Notes under the pieces: generated by a model
The model's database searches: none
The model's input: only the letters and a program-made list of their open reading frames with translations
What the model was told of the DNA's origin: nothing
Shown here: positions 38,441 through 49,343 of the stretch, in pieces
How the letters are laid out: each line of letters opens with the position of its first letter
Position numbering within the stretch: position 1 is the stretch's first letter
Assembly (NCBI GenBank): GCA_028688325.1
Contig: JAQTYI010000001.1
Location: forward strand, 168,820 to 232,819
Origin: Candidatus Portnoybacteria bacterium
Lineage (GTDB): Bacteria; Patescibacteriota; Minisyncoccia; Portnoybacterales; GWB1-42-6
Reading direction: 5' to 3'
Length of the DNA stretch: 64,000 nt
Position numbers and translations under genes: made by a program

Positions 38441-38522
38441 GCGCGGGTGCTGTAATTGGTAGCCAGGCACGCTTGAGGTGCGTGTGCCGTAAGGCGTGGA
38501 GGTTCGAGTCCTCTCCCGCGCA
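38441..38522 (+). tRNA. tRNA-Leu(GAG)
   Basis: CACGC-TT GAG GT-GCGTG with variable arm. Confidence 0.93.
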
Positions 38523-38528
38523 CAATCG

Positions 38529-38602
38529 GCGCGCGTAGCTCAGCTGGTCAGAGCGTCTCGCTTACACCGAGAAGGCCCCTGGTTCGAGTCCAGGCGCGCG
38601 CA
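38529..38602 (+). tRNA. tRNA-Val(TAC)
   Basis: TCTCG-CT TAC AC-CGAGA. Confidence 0.94.
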
Positions 38603-38621
38603 CTGGTTCATATTGATTCCG

Positions 38622-38694
38622 GCCGGGATAGCCAAGTTGGTCACGGCGGAGGTTTGAAAAACCTTTCATGTCAGTTCGATTCTGACTCCCGGCA
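38622..38694 (+). tRNA. tRNA-Phe(GAA)
   Basis: GCCGGGA/TCCCGGC-A; GAGGT-TT GAA AA-ACCTT. Confidence 0.92.
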
Positions 38695-38810
38695 CCGCGT
38701 AAAATGATGAGCGAAGCGAATAATTTTACGCGCGCCGTGATAGCGAGCGTAGCGAGCTATTTTACGGGGCCGACATTATTTTTCCGCTCATCACCACGCG
38801 GCGCAGCCCC
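38695..38810. repeat. Nested hairpin element fused to tRNA 3' end
   Basis: CCGCGTAAAATGATGAGCG...CGCTCATCACCACGCGG-CGCAGCCC. Confidence 0.75.
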
Positions 38811-38884
38811 AAACTAATTGGGCGTAGCGCCGAAAATAATTTGTTATCGCCCTGGCGGGCTTGCCCGCCGAAGCTTTAGCGCAG

Positions 38885-38960
38885 GCGGGTGTAGTTCAGC
38901 AGCTAGAACGTCTCGTTGCCAACGAGAAGGTCGTGGGTGCGAATCCCATCACCCGCTCCA
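38885..38960 (+). tRNA. tRNA-Gly(GCC), atypical D- and T-loops
   Basis: TCTCG-TT GCC AA-CGAGA, TCCA end; T-loop TGCGAAT. Confidence 0.88.
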
Positions 38961-39134
38961 TGTAAAATATTCGCTGCGTTCATATCACATGGCGCCGCCA
39001 CAAAAAAACAAGGATTGATTCTCGCCCCGCGATTCCGCCGGAGCGGAATCGCGGGGTCACCCGCTACAATTTACAACAAAACAAAAGACCCCTTCCTCGG
39101 GGGTTTTTTGTTTGCGCAAAATTTTACTTGCAGC

Positions 39135-39407
39135 TTATCTGACGGCTTCTTTCAATGCCTTGCCGGCGCGGAATTTAGGAACTTTCATCGCCGGAATGTT
39201 GATTTTGGCGCCGGTTTTCGGATTCACGCCTTTTCGCGCTTTGCGATTAGAAATGACAAACGCGCCAAAGCCGGTAAAGGCCACTTTATCGCCCTTCTGC
39301 AAAGCTTTAGTGATATTGTCCAAAACCGACTCTAAAACTTCGTCGGTCTGCTTTTTAGACAAATTGCATTTGGCGGATACCGCTTCAATGATTTGATCTT
39401 TGGTCAT
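39135..39407 (-). CDS. hup: HU DNA-binding protein
   Basis: GFGAF...RKARKGVNPKTG..I.IPA..VPKFRAGK.LKEAV. Confidence 0.96.
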   Translation of the reverse strand: MTKDQIIEAVSAKCNLSKKQTDEVLESVLDNITKALQKGDKVAFTGFGAFVISNRKARKGVNPKTGAKINIPAMKVPKFRAGKALKEAVR

Positions 39408-39447
39408 AAATAAAAAATGGAATATTTAATGTTTTACCTCGACCTTT

Positions 39448-39516
39448 CCAGGCAGTAGAAATTCGGCTGGCGCTTGCAGCGCCAAAATCCAAATAAGCCG
39501 AATTTTCACTGCCTGG
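39448..39516. repeat. Hairpin repeat CCAGGNAGTAGAAATTCGGC family, copy 2
   Basis: Arms match 32010-32081. Confidence 0.7.
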
Positions 39517-39659
39517 CTTTCCCCTCCAAATTTATATGTATATTATAACGCAGGGATTACTCCAGCACAACCCGTCCTTCGCCAATGCTACGGAACGGCG
39601 CGGCACAAATATTAGCGCCAGATATTCTTGCGGTCTTCCGTAGTTTTAACGAAGGAGAC

Positions 39660-40478
39660 CTATTCTAACACAACCATCCTTCGCAACCTGGATATGTTTT
39701 CAGCCAGACCCGTCTTATCATTGATTTCCAGCAGCACTCCGTTGACTTCGGCTTTCTTGCCCTCCGCCGGCTCTATCTTGAATAAACGCTGAGTTAAAAA
39801 CCTTTTAATGACGATATCTTTGTCCGCACCCAGCACCGAATCCAAAACCCCCGCCATGCCAACATCGGAAATAAAAGCCGTGCCCTGCGGCAGTATTTTC
39901 TCGTCGGCAGTCGGCACATGCGTATGAGTGCCCAAAAGTGCGGATATCTTGCCATCCAAGAACCAAGCCAGCGCGGCTTTTTCCGAAGTGGCCTCGGCGT
40001 GAAAATCAACGATTATCGCACTCACCGCCTCGCTCCCCTGCTCTTTGCCCGCCAAAGAATAGTCATCCAGCAATTCTTTGATTTTGACGAACGGATCGTC
40101 AAAATCATGCTTCATAAAAATACGGCCGATTAAATTAACGAACAACACGCGCTTAGCGCCGATATCGATCGTCGTAAAACCCCGTCCGGCCGCGTGGCCC
40201 GGCCAATTCAACGGCCGCAAAATGGGATTTTTATCATCCGCCAAAATCTGCTCGCTTCCGCCCAAAGCGAACGAATGGTCGCCGTTGGTCAGATAATCAA
40301 CGCCGGCGTCCAGCACTTCCTTCAATGCTTCCTCGGTCACGCCCTGGCCGTGGGCCATATTTTCGCCGTTGGCCAAAACCAAATCCGGCTCAAAGGCCTT
40401 TTTAAGTTCAGGCAAGACCTTTTTCAAGGCCTGCCGGCCGATTTTGCCGGTAATGTCGCCGAAAAATAGTATTTTCAT
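39660..40478 (-). CDS. ymdB: YmdB-family metallophosphoesterase
   Basis: LFFGDI.G, NGEN, DFHAEATSEK, GTHTHV, DVGM; adjacent to rny. Confidence 0.93.
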   Translation of the reverse strand: MKILFFGDITGKIGRQALKKVLPELKKAFEPDLVLANGENMAHGQGVTEEALKEVLDAGVDYLTNGDHSFALGGSEQILADDKNPILRPLNWPGHAAGRGFTTIDIGAKRVLFVNLIGRIFMKHDFDDPFVKIKELLDDYSLAGKEQGSEAVSAIIVDFHAEATSEKAALAWFLDGKISALLGTHTHVPTADEKILPQGTAFISDVGMAGVLDSVLGADKDIVIKRFLTQRLFKIEPAEGKKAEVNGVLLEINDKTGLAENISRLRRMVVLE

Positions 40479-40503
40479 TATATGATTATTATTGCTTCCT
40501 AGA

Positions 40504-40709
40504 CCGCCCATACGAAAAATGACAATTTATTGTCATCCCGAACGAAGTGAGGGATCTCTGGCGAATGCCAGACCTGTTGCGCGGATCTCCGCCTAACGGC
40601 GGATCCCACGAGATCCCTCGCTACGCTCGGGACGACACTTCATGTCGACTTTATCATCGCGCGAGGGTTTTTCTGGTTCTCTTTTGCCCGGGCGAAAGAG
40701 AACGAAACA
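40504..40709 (+). mobile_element. Composite MITE-like repeat, copy C
   Basis: Near-identical to 61126-61345 (CCGCCCATACGAAAA..GTCATCCCGAACGAAGTGAG..GCTACGCTCGGGACGAC). Confidence 0.8.
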
Positions 40710-40711
40710 TT

Positions 40712-42244
40712 CTATCTTGCGTACTCTATAGTTCTCATCTCCCTTATCACCGTAACTTTAATATCGCCCGGATATTGCAATTCCTGCTGGATGCGGTCGG
40801 CCACATCGCGCGCCAGCTTCCTGGCCGAAATATCGTCAATCTTATCCGGTTGCACAAACACCCTGATCTCGCGGCCGGCCTGAATGGCATAGGACTTTTC
40901 AACGCCCTCAAAAGAGTTCGCCACTCGCTCCAATTCCTCCAAGCGTTTCAGATAGGCCTCCAAGGTGTCTTTTCTCGCGCCGGGGCGGGCACCGGAAATT
41001 TGGTCGGCTACCTGAACGATAACGCCCTCTAATGATTCGTAAGGATATTCTTCATGGTGCGACTGCATGGCCTTGATGACCTCTTCGGGCATATTGAATT
41101 TTTGCAGAATCATCTTGCCGATCTCAACATGAGAACCCTGGACTTCGTGGGTCACGGCCTTGCCGATATCGTGCAGCAGCCCCGCTTTTTTGGCCAGATT
41201 GACATCCGCGCCGACTTCCGCGGCGATGGAAGCGGCCAGATGCGCCACTTCAAGAGAGTGAAGCAAAACATTCTGGCCATAGCTGGTCCTCATGCTCAAG
41301 CGGCCCAAAATTCTGACCAGCTTGGGATCCAGCCCAGCCACGCCGGTATCATACACCGCGGCTTGTCCGGCCTGGGCGATCTTTTCACCAATTTCTTCTT
41401 TGGCTTTTTCCACCGCCTCTTCTATCCTGGCGGGCTGAATGCGGCCGTCGCTCATAAGTTTTTCCAGTGCTACTTTGGCGATCTGGCGGCGTACCGGATC
41501 AAATGCCGAAAGAATGATGGCGCCCGGAGTATCGTCTACTATAATCTCAACGCCAGTCAGTTTTTCCAGGGTCTTGATGTTGCGGCCTTCCTTGCCGATA
41601 ATGCGGCCCTTTAGCTCCTCGGACGGCAAGGCCACCGAAGAGGTCGTTATTTCAGCGCTTTGCGAAGCCGCATAGCGCTGCATCGCGTAAGTTAGGATGT
41701 TGCGTGCTTTCTTCTCCAACTCCTCTTTTCCTTCCTGCTCCAATTTTTGCACACGCTCCATCAAGATGGCGCCCTGTTCTTTTTCAATTTGAACAAGCAG
41801 TTCATCTTTGGCCTGCTCCTGGCTTAATTTGGCTACCCGTTCCAATTCCGTCAGTTTTTTCACCTGGATATTCAGCAGTTCCTCTTTTATCTCTTTCGCT
41901 TTTTCGGCGCGTTCGGCCACCTCGGCAAATTTCTTATCCAATTCATGCGACTTGCCTTCCAGCGCCTGCTCTTTTCGTTCCAAACGGTCTTCCAGACGCA
42001 TTATCTGTTGCTCTCGGTCCTTTTGTTCTCGCTTGGCTTCTTCCAATATTTGCATGGCCTTGTCTTTGGCCTGAATGACCGTCTCTTTGGCTTCGCGCTT
42101 GGCCTCCTCGGTCATTTTGCCAAGTTTGGCCTCAATGGAACCGGCCTGATTTTTGGCAATGCTTTGGCGCGACAAATAACCCAAAATAACGCCGGTAGCT
42201 AACCCGCCGACCCCGATAATAATGAGAATTAAATTAGAATCCAT
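40712..42244 (-). CDS. rny: Ribonuclease Y
   Basis: TM, coiled coil, KH (KGRIIGKEGRNI), HD (LLHDIGK). Confidence 0.97.
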   Translation of the reverse strand: MDSNLILIIIGVGGLATGVILGYLSRQSIAKNQAGSIEAKLGKMTEEAKREAKETVIQAKDKAMQILEEAKREQKDREQQIMRLEDRLERKEQALEGKSHELDKKFAEVAERAEKAKEIKEELLNIQVKKLTELERVAKLSQEQAKDELLVQIEKEQGAILMERVQKLEQEGKEELEKKARNILTYAMQRYAASQSAEITTSSVALPSEELKGRIIGKEGRNIKTLEKLTGVEIIVDDTPGAIILSAFDPVRRQIAKVALEKLMSDGRIQPARIEEAVEKAKEEIGEKIAQAGQAAVYDTGVAGLDPKLVRILGRLSMRTSYGQNVLLHSLEVAHLAASIAAEVGADVNLAKKAGLLHDIGKAVTHEVQGSHVEIGKMILQKFNMPEEVIKAMQSHHEEYPYESLEGVIVQVADQISGARPGARKDTLEAYLKRLEELERVANSFEGVEKSYAIQAGREIRVFVQPDKIDDISARKLARDVADRIQQELQYPGDIKVTVIREMRTIEYAR

Positions 42245-42289
42245 ATGATTAAAGCAATAGCTTTAATCATTTAAGAGTTTGACCGGGCG

Positions 42290-42874
42290 TTAAGCCGCCT
42301 TTTTCAGGATCTTGTCTATAACGCCGTAGTTTTTGGCCTCCTCCGCCGACATAAAAAAATCCCTGTCCGTGTCCTTTTCTATCTGCTTGATATCCCGGTC
42401 CGTGTGTTTGGCCAGAAGATGATTCAAGCGATCTTTCACTTTCAGGATTTGCCTGGCGGCGATATCAATGTCAACGGCCTGACCCTCGGCTCCGCCCATC
42501 ACTTGATGCAACAGGACTTCGGAGTTGGGCAAAATGAACCTCTTGCCCTTGGCGCCGGCCGTCAGCAAAACCGCTCCCATGGAAGCGGCAATGCCGATGC
42601 AAATGGTTGAAACATCGGCTTTGACATACTGCATGGTGTCATAGATTGCCAATCCCGCCGTCACCACTCCCCCGGGGCTGTTGATATACAGCTGGATATC
42701 TTTTTTAGGATCTTGCGAATCCAAAAAAAGAAGCTGGGCGATAACCGAATTCGCCAGAACATCGGATATCGGCCCGCCCAAAAAAATTATCCGCTCTTTC
42801 AAAAGCCGCGAATAAATATCGTAGGCGCGCTCGCCGTAGGGCGATTTTTCAATGACAGTAGGAATCAAATTCAT
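42290..42874 (-). CDS. clpP: ATP-dependent Clp protease proteolytic subunit
   Basis: [27 protein letters not shown]. Confidence 0.97.
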   Translation of the reverse strand: MNLIPTVIEKSPYGERAYDIYSRLLKERIIFLGGPISDVLANSVIAQLLFLDSQDPKKDIQLYINSPGGVVTAGLAIYDTMQYVKADVSTICIGIAASMGAVLLTAGAKGKRFILPNSEVLLHQVMGGAEGQAVDIDIAARQILKVKDRLNHLLAKHTDRDIKQIEKDTDRDFFMSAEEAKNYGVIDKILKKAA

Positions 42875-42988
42875 AAATGATTTGCCTATGCTGTTTTGTT
42901 TAAATGATTTATGTATTTCTATGCTATTTTCTGCATCATTAGACAATTATGTTATCCAACGGGGCAGAAAAAGGCGCGGAATTACGCC

Positions 42989-44275
42989 TTAAATCTTCTC
43001 CAAAAACTCAAAAACTTTCTCATTTTTCAATCTGTTTTTAGTATATTCCGCTAACTGGTCCATGTCAATTTTTTCTTTGACCGCGTCCCAATCCGGATAA
43101 TGTTTGATGATATGATTCACTTCCTCTTCGGCCTCCTGAGCTGTCACTTCCAGCTTCTCCTGGTCGGCAATGGCGCGCAGAATGAGCCCGGCCTGGGCGC
43201 GTTCCACGGCCTTGGGGAGCCAATCCTTTTTCATCTCTTCCTCCGTCTTTTTGATGTTTTTCAAGTACTGCTGATATTCTAAACCCATCTGCATTAAATT
43301 CTCCTTAAATTCTTCGGCCATCTTGGCGACCTCGGCCTGAATCAAAATTTCCGGCATTTCCATGGATGATTTTTTGACTATCTCCTGCAACACCTTGGCG
43401 CGCCAGATATCTTTCTCTTTATTCTCTTTTTCAATGGCCATCCCTTCTTTGATATTGGCCTTGAGCGCGTCGATGGTATCAAATTTACCCAGCGACTTGG
43501 CAAACTTGTCGTTTAATTCCGGCATCTGCGGCTCCTGCACCAAATTCATTTTTACCTCAAATTCAATAAGCTTGCCGGCCAGATCTTTTTGGGCAAAATT
43601 TTCCGGAAAAACCAAACTGAAGCTTTTTGTCTCGTTTTCTTTCAAGCCGACCAGCTGATCTTCAAAACCCGGCACGAATTTACCCTCGCCTATCACCAGC
43701 GGATGATTTTTGCTTTCGCCGTTGGCAATCATCTTGCCGTCCTGCTTGGCGATAAAATCGACTTCCACCCTGTCCCCCTTCTGCGCGGGACGCACGACGG
43801 TTGCGTATTTGGTACGCGATTTTTTAAGCCAATTCAACGAATCCTGAATTTCTTTTTCTTCAACTTTTATTTTATCTTTTGTTTTGGGTTTGTCGGACTT
43901 GGCGATCTTTTTGTAATCGGCTAACTTTATCGGCGGCAAAACCGCCGTTTTTATCTTGAATTCAAAGGGATTGCCCATCGCCACTTTCAGAACATGCACT
44001 TCGGGGCGGCCGATAGCGTCGATATTTTTTTCTTCCAGGACTTTAATGTATGTCTTGCGCACGGCTATGCCCGCGGCCGCCTCCAGGATGTGCCCCTGGC
44101 CTATTTTCTGTTCCACCATTTCTTTTGGCGCATTGCCCGGCCTAAAACCCTCGATCTTAACATCCCTGGCCAAAGTCCGCGTGGCCTCATCAACAAACTT
44201 GCCCCATTCTGTGGGGTCAAGTTCGATCAATATTTCAACTTCTGATTTTGGTAGTTGTTTAATTTCTGTTTTCAT
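42989..44275 (-). CDS. tig: Trigger factor
   Basis: GFRPG signature, FKBP domain FVPGFEDQL. Confidence 0.96.
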   Translation of the reverse strand: MKTEIKQLPKSEVEILIELDPTEWGKFVDEATRTLARDVKIEGFRPGNAPKEMVEQKIGQGHILEAAAGIAVRKTYIKVLEEKNIDAIGRPEVHVLKVAMGNPFEFKIKTAVLPPIKLADYKKIAKSDKPKTKDKIKVEEKEIQDSLNWLKKSRTKYATVVRPAQKGDRVEVDFIAKQDGKMIANGESKNHPLVIGEGKFVPGFEDQLVGLKENETKSFSLVFPENFAQKDLAGKLIEFEVKMNLVQEPQMPELNDKFAKSLGKFDTIDALKANIKEGMAIEKENKEKDIWRAKVLQEIVKKSSMEMPEILIQAEVAKMAEEFKENLMQMGLEYQQYLKNIKKTEEEMKKDWLPKAVERAQAGLILRAIADQEKLEVTAQEAEEEVNHIIKHYPDWDAVKEKIDMDQLAEYTKNRLKNEKVFEFLEKI

Positions 44276-44296
44276 AACGAGTTGTGCTTTAATTTA

Positions 44297-44486
44297 CCGC
44301 GCATACGAAAAATTTTGATAGAAAATAGCAATGAGCCGAGCGTCTAAATTTGCGTGCTGTGGCGGGGCCCCGACCGTCAGGTCGGGGCGTTGAGGATAGC
44401 AAATTTAGCGAGGCGAGTTCTATTTTCTCAAAATTTTATCGTCGCGCGGGAACTCTTTTGCTACTTTTCTGGTTACAGAAAAGTAG
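44297..44486 (+). mobile_element. Composite MITE-like repeat, copy D
   Basis: Near-identical to 56340-56531. Confidence 0.82.
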
Positions 44487-44623
44487 ATGAGATAATACTA
44501 TGCGAATTGAACCTGGATTCCCGCTTTCGCGGGAATGACAAATCAAGCTATAAACTATACCAAGAAGCTCACCATCAACCCCGTAAAATCCCGCTACGCG
44601 GGACCACGGGGCAAGCAACGCCG

Positions 44624-46624
44624 CTAAACCAAGAATGATACCATCAATAGTGCAACTATGTTTATGATTTTTATCACGGGGTTGATAGCCGGGCCGGCTG
44701 TGTCTTTATACGGATCCCCCACCGTGTCGCCTGTCACCGCCGCCTGATGAGCCGGAGAACCCTTGCCGCCGTAGTGTCCTTCTTCAATATATTTTTTCGC
44801 GTTGTCCCAAGCCGCGCCGCCCGATGTCATCGAGATGGCGACAAATAAGCCCGTGATAATAGAACCAACCAGTAAACCGCCCACGGCTTTTGGGCCAAGA
44901 AGCAAGCCGACAATGATTGGCGCCAACACCGGAATCAACGCCGGCAATATCATGGCGCGAATCGCCGCTTTGGTAACAATATCGACGCACAAACCGTATT
45001 GCGGTTTTCCCGTGCCCTCCATGATGCCTTTGATTTCCTTGAACTGCCTGCGCACTTCCGTGACCACCGCCGCGCCGGCCTTGCCCACCGCCTGCATTGC
45101 CAATGAACTGAAAAGATATGGCAAAAGTCCGCCAATGAACAAACCGATAATGACTCTCGGATCGCTCAATTCAAACGCGATGCCCATGCCGCCGATGTCG
45201 GAAACCTCTTGGGCAAAAGATGCAAACAGCACCAGCGCCGCCAGCCCCGCCGAAGCGATGGCATAACCCTTTGTTACGGCCTTGGTCGTGTTACCGACAG
45301 AATCCAGAGCGTCGGTAATTTTACGCACACTTTCCGGCAGATCCGCCATCTCGGCGATGCCGCCGGCGTTATCCGTGATGGGTCCGAACGCGTCCACCGC
45401 CACCACTATTCCGGCCATTGAAAGCATACTCATCGCGGCCAGCGCCACGCCATAGATTCCGGCCAGATAAAATGCCGTAAATATGCCGGCGCAGATCAAA
45501 ATGACTGGCAACGAGGTCGATTGCATGGAAACCGCCAACCCCGTAATGATGTTGGTTCCGTGTCCCGTGATTGAGGCCTCAGCGATTGATTTTACGGGCT
45601 TAAAGTTTTTTGAAGTATAATATTCCGTGATCAGCACAACGCCAAATGTCACGACCAGCCCCACTATGGTTGAAAGATATAACGGCCAAAATGTGAAAGC
45701 AGCATCCACGACATTTTTGGTCAAAAATTTAATGGCCGGATAAAAACCAATGGCCGCAAAGATTGCCGAAGCCGCCAGGCCTTTATACAATGCGCCCATA
45801 ATATATTGCTTCTTGCCCAAACGCACGAAGAAAAATCCGGTAATTGACGCGAAAATGGAAATCGCGCCCAGCATCAACGGCAGCATAATCGCGTTGCTAA
45901 ATCCCGGAAACAGCAAATTGCCCAGGATCATGGCGGCAATGGCAGTCACCGCGTAGGTTTCAAAAAGGTCCGCGGCCATGCCGGCGCAGTCGCCCACATT
46001 ATCGCCCACATTGTCGGCGATAACCGCCGGGTTGCGCGGATCGTCTTCCGGAATGCCCGCTTCTACTTTGCCAACCAAGTCCGCGCCCACATCTGCGCCT
46101 TTGGTAAAAATGCCGCCGCCAAGCCGAGCGAAAACCGAGATCAAACTGCCGCCAAAACCCAAAGCCACCAAGGCCTTAAGGTCGCCGGTCAACCAATAAA
46201 AAATTGTAACGGAAAAAAGCCCCAGACCCACCACTAAAAGCCCGGTCACCGTTCCGCCTTCAAAAGCCACGGCCAAGGCCTTGGCCAGGCCTGTTTTGGC
46301 CGCCTGGGCGGTGCGGGAATTGGCGCGCACGGAGATATTCATGCCGACATATCCGGCCACTGCCGAAGCTATCGCGCCCAGAAGAAACCCGAGCATGGTC
46401 GTCAAATTGAAAAAATAAAACATCGCCGCCGCGATAACCACCGCCACCATAGCCACGGTGCGATATTGCCTGTTCATATAGGCCTTGGCGCCTTCGCGGA
46501 TGGCTTGGCTGATTTCCAGCATCTTGCCCTCGCCGGCCGGATACTTCATTATCCTGGCAGCCAGATAAGCGGTAAAAGCCACGGAGACCAAACTGGCGAT
46601 GATTGAGAAAAGCTGTATAGACAT
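44624..46624 (-). CDS. hppA: Membrane-bound pyrophosphatase (likely K+-independent H+-PPase)
   Basis: [39 protein letters not shown]. Confidence 0.95.
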   Translation of the reverse strand: MSIQLFSIIASLVSVAFTAYLAARIMKYPAGEGKMLEISQAIREGAKAYMNRQYRTVAMVAVVIAAAMFYFFNLTTMLGFLLGAIASAVAGYVGMNISVRANSRTAQAAKTGLAKALAVAFEGGTVTGLLVVGLGLFSVTIFYWLTGDLKALVALGFGGSLISVFARLGGGIFTKGADVGADLVGKVEAGIPEDDPRNPAVIADNVGDNVGDCAGMAADLFETYAVTAIAAMILGNLLFPGFSNAIMLPLMLGAISIFASITGFFFVRLGKKQYIMGALYKGLAASAIFAAIGFYPAIKFLTKNVVDAAFTFWPLYLSTIVGLVVTFGVVLITEYYTSKNFKPVKSIAEASITGHGTNIITGLAVSMQSTSLPVILICAGIFTAFYLAGIYGVALAAMSMLSMAGIVVAVDAFGPITDNAGGIAEMADLPESVRKITDALDSVGNTTKAVTKGYAIASAGLAALVLFASFAQEVSDIGGMGIAFELSDPRVIIGLFIGGLLPYLFSSLAMQAVGKAGAAVVTEVRRQFKEIKGIMEGTGKPQYGLCVDIVTKAAIRAMILPALIPVLAPIIVGLLLGPKAVGGLLVGSIITGLFVAISMTSGGAAWDNAKKYIEEGHYGGKGSPAHQAAVTGDTVGDPYKDTAGPAINPVIKIINIVALLMVSFLV

Positions 46625-46793
46625 AGTATAAATTATATTTTATTAATTATATTTTTTATTGTTATCCAGAACGAAGCTAAAAATTATATTTTTAATGACA
46701 AATGACGAATGTCTAATCAATGACAAAATCCAAATTGGACATTGGTCATTGAGATTTTATTTTTCATTTGTCATTGGAAATTTGTCATTGATC

Positions 46794-48104
46794 TTATGCT
46801 TCCGCTTTCTTCTTCCTCCCCCGCTTACCTTTGGGCTTGGCTTCTTCTTTTTCCGCGATGCCTTCGTCTTTTTTGTCCGTTTTTATTTCGCCCTCATGTT
46901 CTTTGACTCCTTCGTTATTCTTCTCTCCTTCCTCTTCTTCGCCACCTTCAACTTTTCCGCCGGCCACATCAATTTTCCATTCGCTCAATTTGGCCGCCAG
47001 GCGCACATTCTGGCCGCGCTTGCCGATAGCCAGTGACAATTGGTCTTCCGGCACTTCAACCTTAGCCACTTTCTGTTCTTTGTTTGTTTCCACGCTCAGA
47101 ACTTTGGCCGGCGCCAAAGCATTGGCGATAAATTTTGCGATATCTTCATTCCATTCGATAATATCTATCTTTTCTCCGCCAAGTTCATTGATAATCGCCT
47201 GAACCCTCGTGCCTTTTTGGCCCACACAGCTCCCTATCGGGTCAACGCCCGGCTCAGTGGCAGCCACCGCTATTTTTGAGCGCGAACCCGCTTCGCGGGC
47301 GATGGCCTTAATCTGCACCGCCCCGGAAGCGATTTCCGGCACTTCTAATTCAAATAATTTCGCCAGCATCTTGGAATGGGCGCGCGATAAAATGATGTTG
47401 GGGCCGCGCACTTCCTTTTGCACTTCCAGTATCAAAACGCGCAATCGTTGGCCCAGGCGATAGCGCTCGCCCTGAATTTGCTCTTCCGGAAACAGCACGC
47501 CCGCGGTTTTGCCGATGTCAACGAACACCGCGCCCCGCTCAATGCGCTGCACGATGCCCGAAACCACCTGGCCTTCTTTGTCTTTATATTCTTCAAAAAT
47601 CGTTTCCCGTTCCGCTTCGCGGATTCGCTGGATGATGACCTGCTTGGCGGTTTGGGCCGCGATGCGGCCAAAGTCCGTCTTTGATTCCAGCCCTATCAAC
47701 AGCTCCTCGCCGACCTTAATTTTTTTCTCTATTTTCTTGGCGTCTTCTATCATAATATGTTTTTCTTCGTTGAAGCGGACTTTTTTTTCACCTTCCGCTT
47801 CATCTTCCCTCGCTTCCCTTATTTCTTCGCCCCGCTCCCGTGCGGCCTCAGCCGCCAGCCGCTCGGCTTCTATTTCCTCTTCTGTCTTGACCATGCTCTC
47901 GTCCAGCACCTGTTTGACCTGAAAAATCTTCACTCCGCCCGTGGCCAAGTCAAAAACTGCCCGAATGTTCTGGCCCTTGTGGCCGAAGTCCTTTTTATAG
48001 GCCGCGGCGATAGCAACTTCTATGGTTTCCAAAACCTTTTCCCTGGAGATGCCTTTTTCCTCGCAAATCTGGTCAATCGCCGAAGCGAATTGATGTGAGT
48101 CCAT
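46794..48104 (-). CDS. nusA: Transcription termination factor NusA
   Basis: FGRIAAQTAKQVI, AREAGSRSKIAV, SLAIGKRGQNVRLA. Confidence 0.98.
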   Translation of the reverse strand: MDSHQFASAIDQICEEKGISREKVLETIEVAIAAAYKKDFGHKGQNIRAVFDLATGGVKIFQVKQVLDESMVKTEEEIEAERLAAEAARERGEEIREAREDEAEGEKKVRFNEEKHIMIEDAKKIEKKIKVGEELLIGLESKTDFGRIAAQTAKQVIIQRIREAERETIFEEYKDKEGQVVSGIVQRIERGAVFVDIGKTAGVLFPEEQIQGERYRLGQRLRVLILEVQKEVRGPNIILSRAHSKMLAKLFELEVPEIASGAVQIKAIAREAGSRSKIAVAATEPGVDPIGSCVGQKGTRVQAIINELGGEKIDIIEWNEDIAKFIANALAPAKVLSVETNKEQKVAKVEVPEDQLSLAIGKRGQNVRLAAKLSEWKIDVAGGKVEGGEEEEGEKNNEGVKEHEGEIKTDKKDEGIAEKEEAKPKGKRGRKKKAEA

Positions 48105-48303
48105 ATGTATGTTTTAACTTATAAAATAAGGCCCGTTTTCACGGACCCGTAAACTGCCTTATCCACACTTGGCTTTATATTATCACCCCGACTACCCGTT
48201 TGTCAATGCGTAAAATGAATAAATTCCCACACCTATGCATAGGTGTGGGAATAAAAAAGGCCCGCAATCGCGCCGCGAGCCGTAATAATACCCCTCTTCT
48301 TTG

Positions 48304-48579
48304 CTACCGGGCGGTAAAATTCTTTTCAAAGAATTTTTTCACCGCTAACTCAGCTTCATTGAAATGACGCCAGGTTACGGGAGCCATCTTCCCATATTCC
48401 CCGGATGCCATTATGATCGTCGCCTTTTCACCCGATGTCCTGGAAGGAACGCGTAAATATATGCCGCATATTTCATGCCCGCCGTGGCAAAATCCATATT
48501 CATCGGAATCGCCGCGAGACACCAATGCGCCGCAATTGGGACATTTGTCATAATCCCTTAAAACCGCTTTTTCCGCCAT
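48304..48579 (-). CDS. Hypothetical zinc-ribbon protein
   Basis: SD AAGGAGG; CPNCG..C....C. Confidence 0.6.
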   Translation of the reverse strand: MAEKAVLRDYDKCPNCGALVSRGDSDEYGFCHGGHEICGIYLRVPSRTSGEKATIIMASGEYGKMAPVTWRHFNEAELAVKKFFEKNFTAR

Positions 48580-48723
48580 AAATCCTCCTTTCCAATTCGC
48601 GATAATGATTCGTGTTCTGAAAATCTCCCCTTTTTACGCCGCTAAAAATTTATTAGGAACTACTTTTTTCTGTCTATAAAAATACCACAAAACTACCATT
48701 CGGTCAATTCCGCTGCCCTCTTC

Positions 48724-49185
48724 TTATCGGTTGTCTTTTTTCTGGTATTTTTCCACCAGCCAGGAGCTGGACTGAATTTTTCCTTTTTTGCCGACATTAT
48801 AAATTATTTCAATTCCGAGCTTCTTGCAAAGCTCAACTTCAGGAACCGGATTGCCCTCGGGGTGGCGGTCGCCGCCATTGGCGAAAATATCCGGCCTCAA
48901 TTCTTCAAGCGCCCGGCAAACACTAACATCACTGTCGCCGGGCTTGTGCTTGGTCAAAATAACCCTGTCCACCGGCCTTAACGCTTCGATTATTTCCTTG
49001 CGCTCCTGCTGGGGCATAAAAATGTGCCCTTTCTTTTTTTGGAGCCAGTTATCGTTATTTAATATCACGACCAATTCGTCGCCCAACGATTTGGCTTCAA
49101 AGAACATATCAATATGCCCGATATGTATCGGATCGAATCCCCCGCTCACGGCCACTATTATTTTTTTGCTTTTTTGTTTTGGCAT
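48724..49185 (-). CDS. Cytidylyltransferase-like (HIGH) nucleotidyltransferase
   Basis: SGGFDPIHIGH, ANGGDR, SSS. Confidence 0.9.
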   Translation of the reverse strand: MPKQKSKKIIVAVSGGFDPIHIGHIDMFFEAKSLGDELVVILNNDNWLQKKKGHIFMPQQERKEIIEALRPVDRVILTKHKPGDSDVSVCRALEELRPDIFANGGDRHPEGNPVPEVELCKKLGIEIIYNVGKKGKIQSSSWLVEKYQKKDNR

Positions 49186-49343
49186 ATCATTTAAAAAAGT
49201 TTATTCCGACATCCGATGTCCCAAATATTGGGCATTTTGCACCCAGGACATCGGATGTCGGAATATTGAATTTAATCTGTCGACATCCGACGACCTAAAA
49301 TTCAGAATTCTTTAATATTCGGGTTGTCGGATGTCGAAAAGTT

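Noticed and set aside
44354..44638. Similar short ORFs at 44354/56397 and 40547/61169
   Set aside because: They are translations of the repeated intergenic elements, not evident genes.
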